Shown here: piece after piece, positions 60,135 through 64,000 of the stretch
Layout: the number at the start of each line of letters is the position of its first letter
Position numbering within the stretch: position 1 is the stretch's first letter
Source: Planctomycetota bacterium
GTDB taxonomy: Bacteria; Planctomycetota; B15-G4; JADJEK01
Assembly (NCBI GenBank): GCA_044225365.1
Contig: JBGAIQ010000011.1
Location: 32,001-96,000 of the forward strand
DNA length: 64,000 bases
Reading direction: 5' to 3'
Position numbers and translations under genes: made by a program
Notes under the pieces: generated by a model
Told to the model about the DNA's origin: nothing
Databases searched by the model: none
What the model saw: only the letters and a program-made list of their open reading frames with translations

Positions 60135-61841
60135 ATGCGATCGCATCGATTCGAAGTCGTCTCGCTCTCCGCCGTCGCCCTCCTCATCCCCAGCGCGATC
60201 GCCGGCGACCGCATCACGGGTCGCTCGTTCGCCACGCGTTCCGAGGTCATCGCGCGGCACGGCATGGTGGCGACGAGTCAGCCGCTCGCGACGCAAGCCG
60301 CGCTCGACGTCCTGAAGGCCGGCGGTAGCGCCGTGGACGCCGCGATCGCTGCGGATGCGATGCTCGGACTCACCGAACCCGTGAGCAGCGGCATTGGCGG
60401 CGACATCATGGCGATGGTCTGGGACGCGAAGAAGCAGGAGCTCGTCGGATTGCTCGGCATCGGGCGTTCGCCGCGCTCGCTCACGCTCGACGAATTCGAG
60501 AAGCGCGGATTGAAGAAGATCCCGAGCTACGGGCCCCTGCCCGTCAGCGTGCCGGGCTGCGTCGATGGCTGGTTCCAGCTCCACGAACGCTACGGGAAGC
60601 TCCCGATGAAGGACGTGCTCGCGCCGGCGATTCGCTACGCACGTGAAGGATTTCCGGTCAGCGAACTCATCGCCTACTACTGGGGACGAAACGTGAAGTC
60701 GCTCGGGAAGTACGAAGGCGTCAACGACACCTATCTCATCGACGGACATCCCCCGGCGAAGGGTGACGTGTTCAAGAACCCGCGTCTCGCCGCGACGCTC
60801 GAGAAGATCGCCGCGGGCGGTCGCGATGCGTTCTACAAGGGCGAGATCGCGGAGAAGATCGCGGCGTACATGAAGCGTCAGGGTGGCTTCCTCACTACGG
60901 AGGACCTCGCGTCGCACACTTCGGAGTGGGTGAAGCCGATCACGTCGAACTACCGCGGGTACGACGTCGCGGAGCTTCCGCCGCCTACGCAGGGGATCAC
61001 CGCACTGCAGATCCTGAATCTCCTGAAGGGCTACGACTTGAAGTCGATGGGCTTCTTCAGCGCCGATCACATTCACGCATTCGTCGAAGCGAAGAAGCTC
61101 TCGTTCGAGGATCGAGCTGCGTTGTACGACGATCCCGAGTTCACGAAGGTGCCCGTCGAAGGGCTCGTATCGGACTCGTACGCGAACAAGCGCCGCGCGT
61201 TGATCGACATGAACCGGGCCGCGCAGCGCTACGACGTCGGCAATCCCGCACTCGAGCACGGAGACACGGTCTATCTCACGGCCGCCGACGAGGCGGGGAA
61301 CATGGTCTCGTTCGTGCAGTCGAACTATCGCGGAATGGGTTCGGGCATGTGTCCCGAGGATCTCGGGTTCATCCTGCAAGATCGCGGCGAACTCTTCGAT
61401 CTCACGCCCGGACGCGCGAACACCTATGCGCCGAGCAAACGCCCGTTCCACACGATCATCGCGGCTTTCATCATGAAGGACGGGAAGCCGTGGGTGTCGT
61501 TCGGCGTGATGGGCGGCGCGACCCAGCCGCAGGTGCACGCGCAGATCGTCTCGAACCTGATCGACTTCGGGATGAACCTGCAGGAGGCAGGCGATGCGCC
61601 ACGCATCCTGCACAGCGGATCCTCCGAACCGACGGGCGAGCGCATGGAGGACGGCGGTGTCGTCTCACTGGAGTCCGGCGCAACGATGGAGACGCAGCGC
61701 GAGTTGATGCGGCGCGGGCACAAGCTGCAAGGCAACGTCGGCGACTTCGGCGGATATCAAGCGATCCTGTGGGATGCGAAGCGGGGCGTCTACTTCGGCG
61801 CGTCGGAGTCCCGCAAGGACGGCCAGGCCGCCGGCTGGTAG
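60135..61841 (+). CDS. ggt: Gamma-glutamyltransferase
   Basis: GMVATSQPLA, GGSAVDAAIA, SGIGGD, DTVYL (nucleophile Thr), KRPFHTI and GVMGG motifs. Confidence 0.93.
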   Translation: MRSHRFEVVSLSAVALLIPSAIAGDRITGRSFATRSEVIARHGMVATSQPLATQAALDVLKAGGSAVDAAIAADAMLGLTEPVSSGIGGDIMAMVWDAKKQELVGLLGIGRSPRSLTLDEFEKRGLKKIPSYGPLPVSVPGCVDGWFQLHERYGKLPMKDVLAPAIRYAREGFPVSELIAYYWGRNVKSLGKYEGVNDTYLIDGHPPAKGDVFKNPRLAATLEKIAAGGRDAFYKGEIAEKIAAYMKRQGGFLTTEDLASHTSEWVKPITSNYRGYDVAELPPPTQGITALQILNLLKGYDLKSMGFFSADHIHAFVEAKKLSFEDRAALYDDPEFTKVPVEGLVSDSYANKRRALIDMNRAAQRYDVGNPALEHGDTVYLTAADEAGNMVSFVQSNYRGMGSGMCPEDLGFILQDRGELFDLTPGRANTYAPSKRPFHTIIAAFIMKDGKPWVSFGVMGGATQPQVHAQIVSNLIDFGMNLQEAGDAPRILHSGSSEPTGERMEDGGVVSLESGATMETQRELMRRGHKLQGNVGDFGGYQAILWDAKRGVYFGASESRKDGQAAGW

Positions 61842-61998
61842 CAACACGTCGAGCGTGCCGATTCGGCACAGCCCGAATTTCATCTCGCAGACCGTTCGAT
61901 CGCGTCGTTCTCAGGGACGAAGTCGCGGAACCAATTGCACGGCGCGCACGTTCCCCGACACCGGCACTCTTCTTGCGCACGCTCCGTCGGAGGATCCC

Positions 61999-62871
61999 AT
62001 GCTCACCATTCGCGACCTCGTGAAGGTCTACCCCGGTCCCGTCGCCGCACTCCAAGGCGTACACCTCGAAGTCGAGAAGGGCATGTTCGGACTTCTCGGT
62101 CCGAATGGCGCCGGCAAGTCGACGCTCATGAAGATCGTCGCGGGTCTGCTCGAATCGACCTCGGGCACCGCAATGCTCGACGACGTCGATATCGTGAAAG
62201 AGCCCGAGAAGCTGCGCAATCGGCTCGGCTACCTGCCGCAGGAGTTCGGTTTCTACCCGCATCTCAATGGGCTCGAGATGCTGACGCACCTCCTGAAATT
62301 GAAGGGCGTGAGCGGCGACGGCGGGCCGCGCGGACTCGCCAAGACATTGCTCGAACAGGTCGGACTCGGCGATGCGATGACGCGCAAGGTGAAGGGATAC
62401 TCGGGCGGCATGCGTCAGCGCCTCGGGATCGCGCAAGCCGTCGCGGGCGACCCACGCCTCATCATCGTCGACGAACCGACAGCGGGCCTCGATCCCGAGG
62501 AGCGCCTGCGGTTCTATCGCATCCTCGCGGAGCTCGCCGAGCGGTGCATCGTCGTGCTCTCGACCCACATCGTCGAGGACGTCGCGACGCTCTGCCCGCG
62601 CTTCGCCCTGCTCTCTCACGGCCGCATCGTCGCCGACACGTCGCCCACGCAGGCACGCGAATCGCTCGTTGGCAAGATCTTCGAAGGCTCCGTCTCCGCG
62701 AGCGACGCCGCCGATCTCACCGCGCGCCACGCCGTGACGCAGGCCGTGCTCGTCGAGGGCAAGAACCGCGTACGAGTGCATGAACCCTCGGGCCGTGCTC
62801 CGGTCGGATTCATCGCGGTCGAACCGACGCTCGAAGACGCCTACTTCGTGCTCATGCGTCAGGCGGCGTGA
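61999..62871 (+). CDS. ABC transporter ATP-binding protein
   Basis: GPNGAGKST, YSGGMRQR, VDEPTAGLDPEER and STH motifs. Confidence 0.93.
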   Translation: MLTIRDLVKVYPGPVAALQGVHLEVEKGMFGLLGPNGAGKSTLMKIVAGLLESTSGTAMLDDVDIVKEPEKLRNRLGYLPQEFGFYPHLNGLEMLTHLLKLKGVSGDGGPRGLAKTLLEQVGLGDAMTRKVKGYSGGMRQRLGIAQAVAGDPRLIIVDEPTAGLDPEERLRFYRILAELAERCIVVLSTHIVEDVATLCPRFALLSHGRIVADTSPTQARESLVGKIFEGSVSASDAADLTARHAVTQAVLVEGKNRVRVHEPSGRAPVGFIAVEPTLEDAYFVLMRQAA

Positions 62872-62885
62872 AAGAGCGTGATGCG

Positions 62886-64000
62886 ATGAACTTCTCACGA
62901 GTCCTCGAGATCGCACGCGTCGAGCTTCGCTTCAATCTGAAGCGACCGTTGTTCTGGTTCCTCTCCGTTCTGATCACCTTGTTCGCCTTCGGCATGTCGT
63001 CGGGAAATCTCCGGGTCACCGCGGGCGACTCGACGACGGGCGGCAAGAAGCAGCTCATCACTTCGATGTTCAAGGCGGCGGAGATCTTCTCCGTGATCGA
63101 TCTCGTCCTGTTCTCGCTCTTCCTCGCGATCGTCGCGGGAATGCCGATCCTGCGCGACGAGGAACTGAAGACTTCCGAACTCCTGCGGTCCACACCGCTG
63201 AAGCCGAAGGAGTACGTCTTCGGAAAGTACCTTGGCGTGATCCTCGTCTACGTGGCCGCGATGGTCGTGCAGGTCGGCGTGACGATGTTGTTCAATCACG
63301 CATTCGCGGGCGCCGCCGACGCCGAGTTCCTCGGTCCGCTGAAGGTGCAGAACTACGTCGTTCCCGAGATCGCGTTCGTCCTGCCGATGTGCCTGTTCTT
63401 CGCGGCGGTCTCGTTCTCGATCGGCTCGCTCACGAAACGGCCGGCGCTCGTCTTCCTGTCGCCGATCGTGCTCCTCGTCGCCGTCATCGTGTTCGTGTTC
63501 GACAAGGAATCCGCGACGACCCGGCCCTGGGTGAACGAGTTGCTCTTGTTCCTCGATCCGTCGGGATATCGCTGGCTCAACGAGACGTGGCTGCGCGTCG
63601 ATCCCGGCGTCGACTTCCTCAACAACGAGGCGATCGGTTTCGATTCGAAGTTCGTGCTCTCGAGATTGGGGCTCGTCGCGATCTCGCTCGGGCTCGTCTA
63701 CTTCACGGCGTTCCGTTTCGAAGCGCGGGAACGAAGGAAGGGAAGAGCGACGGCATCACCGCTTCTTCTTCCGACCCGGGAACGCATCGAGATCGAGGAA
63801 ACGAAGCCCATCCCGGCGATGACCGCTCGGGCGCCGAGTTCGATCGCGCAATTCCTCGCCGTACTGCGACTCGAGGCCGGCGCGATGCTGAAGCATCCCG
63901 CACTGTGGCTCTTCGTGCCGCTCTTCGCACTCGAGATCGAGGGCAACATCCAGGAGAGACACACATTCCTCGAGGCTTCGACGCTGATCACGCCCGGCAT
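62886..64000 (+). CDS. Large ABC-2 type permease (3' end runs off the window)
   Basis: Absent from the ORF track; translated by hand: MNFSRVLEIARVELRFNLKRPLFWFL..ILRDEELKTSELLRSTPLKPKEYVFGKYLG; multiple TM segments. Confidence 0.85.
   Translation, partial: MNFSRVLEIARVELRFNLKRPLFWFLSVLITLFAFGMSSGNLRVTAGDSTTGGKKQLITSMFKAAEIFSVIDLVLFSLFLAIVAGMPILRDEELKTSELLRSTPLKPKEYVFGKYLGVILVYVAAMVVQVGVTMLFNHAFAGAADAEFLGPLKVQNYVVPEIAFVLPMCLFFAAVSFSIGSLTKRPALVFLSPIVLLVAVIVFVFDKESATTRPWVNELLLFLDPSGYRWLNETWLRVDPGVDFLNNEAIGFDSKFVLSRLGLVAISLGLVYFTAFRFEARERRKGRATASPLLLPTRERIEIEETKPIPAMTARAPSSIAQFLAVLRLEAGAMLKHPALWLFVPLFALEIEGNIQERHTFLEASTLITPG

Overview
A GC-rich bacterial chromosomal window, most likely from a Planctomycetota genome. 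This is inferred from DUF1549/DUF1553-DUF1501 and DUF1800-DUF1501 pairs, an ECF sigma plus Ser/Thr kinase pair, and HEAT-repeat fusions. It holds about 48 genes. Housekeeping and stress genes: M1 aminopeptidase, Leu/Phe/Val dehydrogenase, MurC-like ligase, FKBP, rpiA, rarA, ahpC-ahpD/oxyR, nrdA-nrdB with tandem NrdR-like boxes, ggt, ABC transporters. Most notable: (1) an HUH Y1/RAYT-type transposase gene with a C-terminal HTH-like extension, bracketed by two tandem-repeat arrays (8 and 5 units) that share a core in inverted orientation; (2) an exported thioredoxin-fold protein split in the ORF track by an in-frame UGA in a W-U-G-P-C motif, a probable selenoprotein; (3) a GGACC-footed two-type REP/BIME-like family at four loci, plus a GTAG REP that overlaps the nrdA stop codon; (4) a five-heme cytochrome c lipoprotein fused to HEAT repeats; (5) an acyl-AMP ligase-ACP-MBOAT cassette; (6) two triplets of tandem paralogues. 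No rRNA, tRNA or CRISPR array was seen. All family calls come from motifs read by eye; no database search was run.
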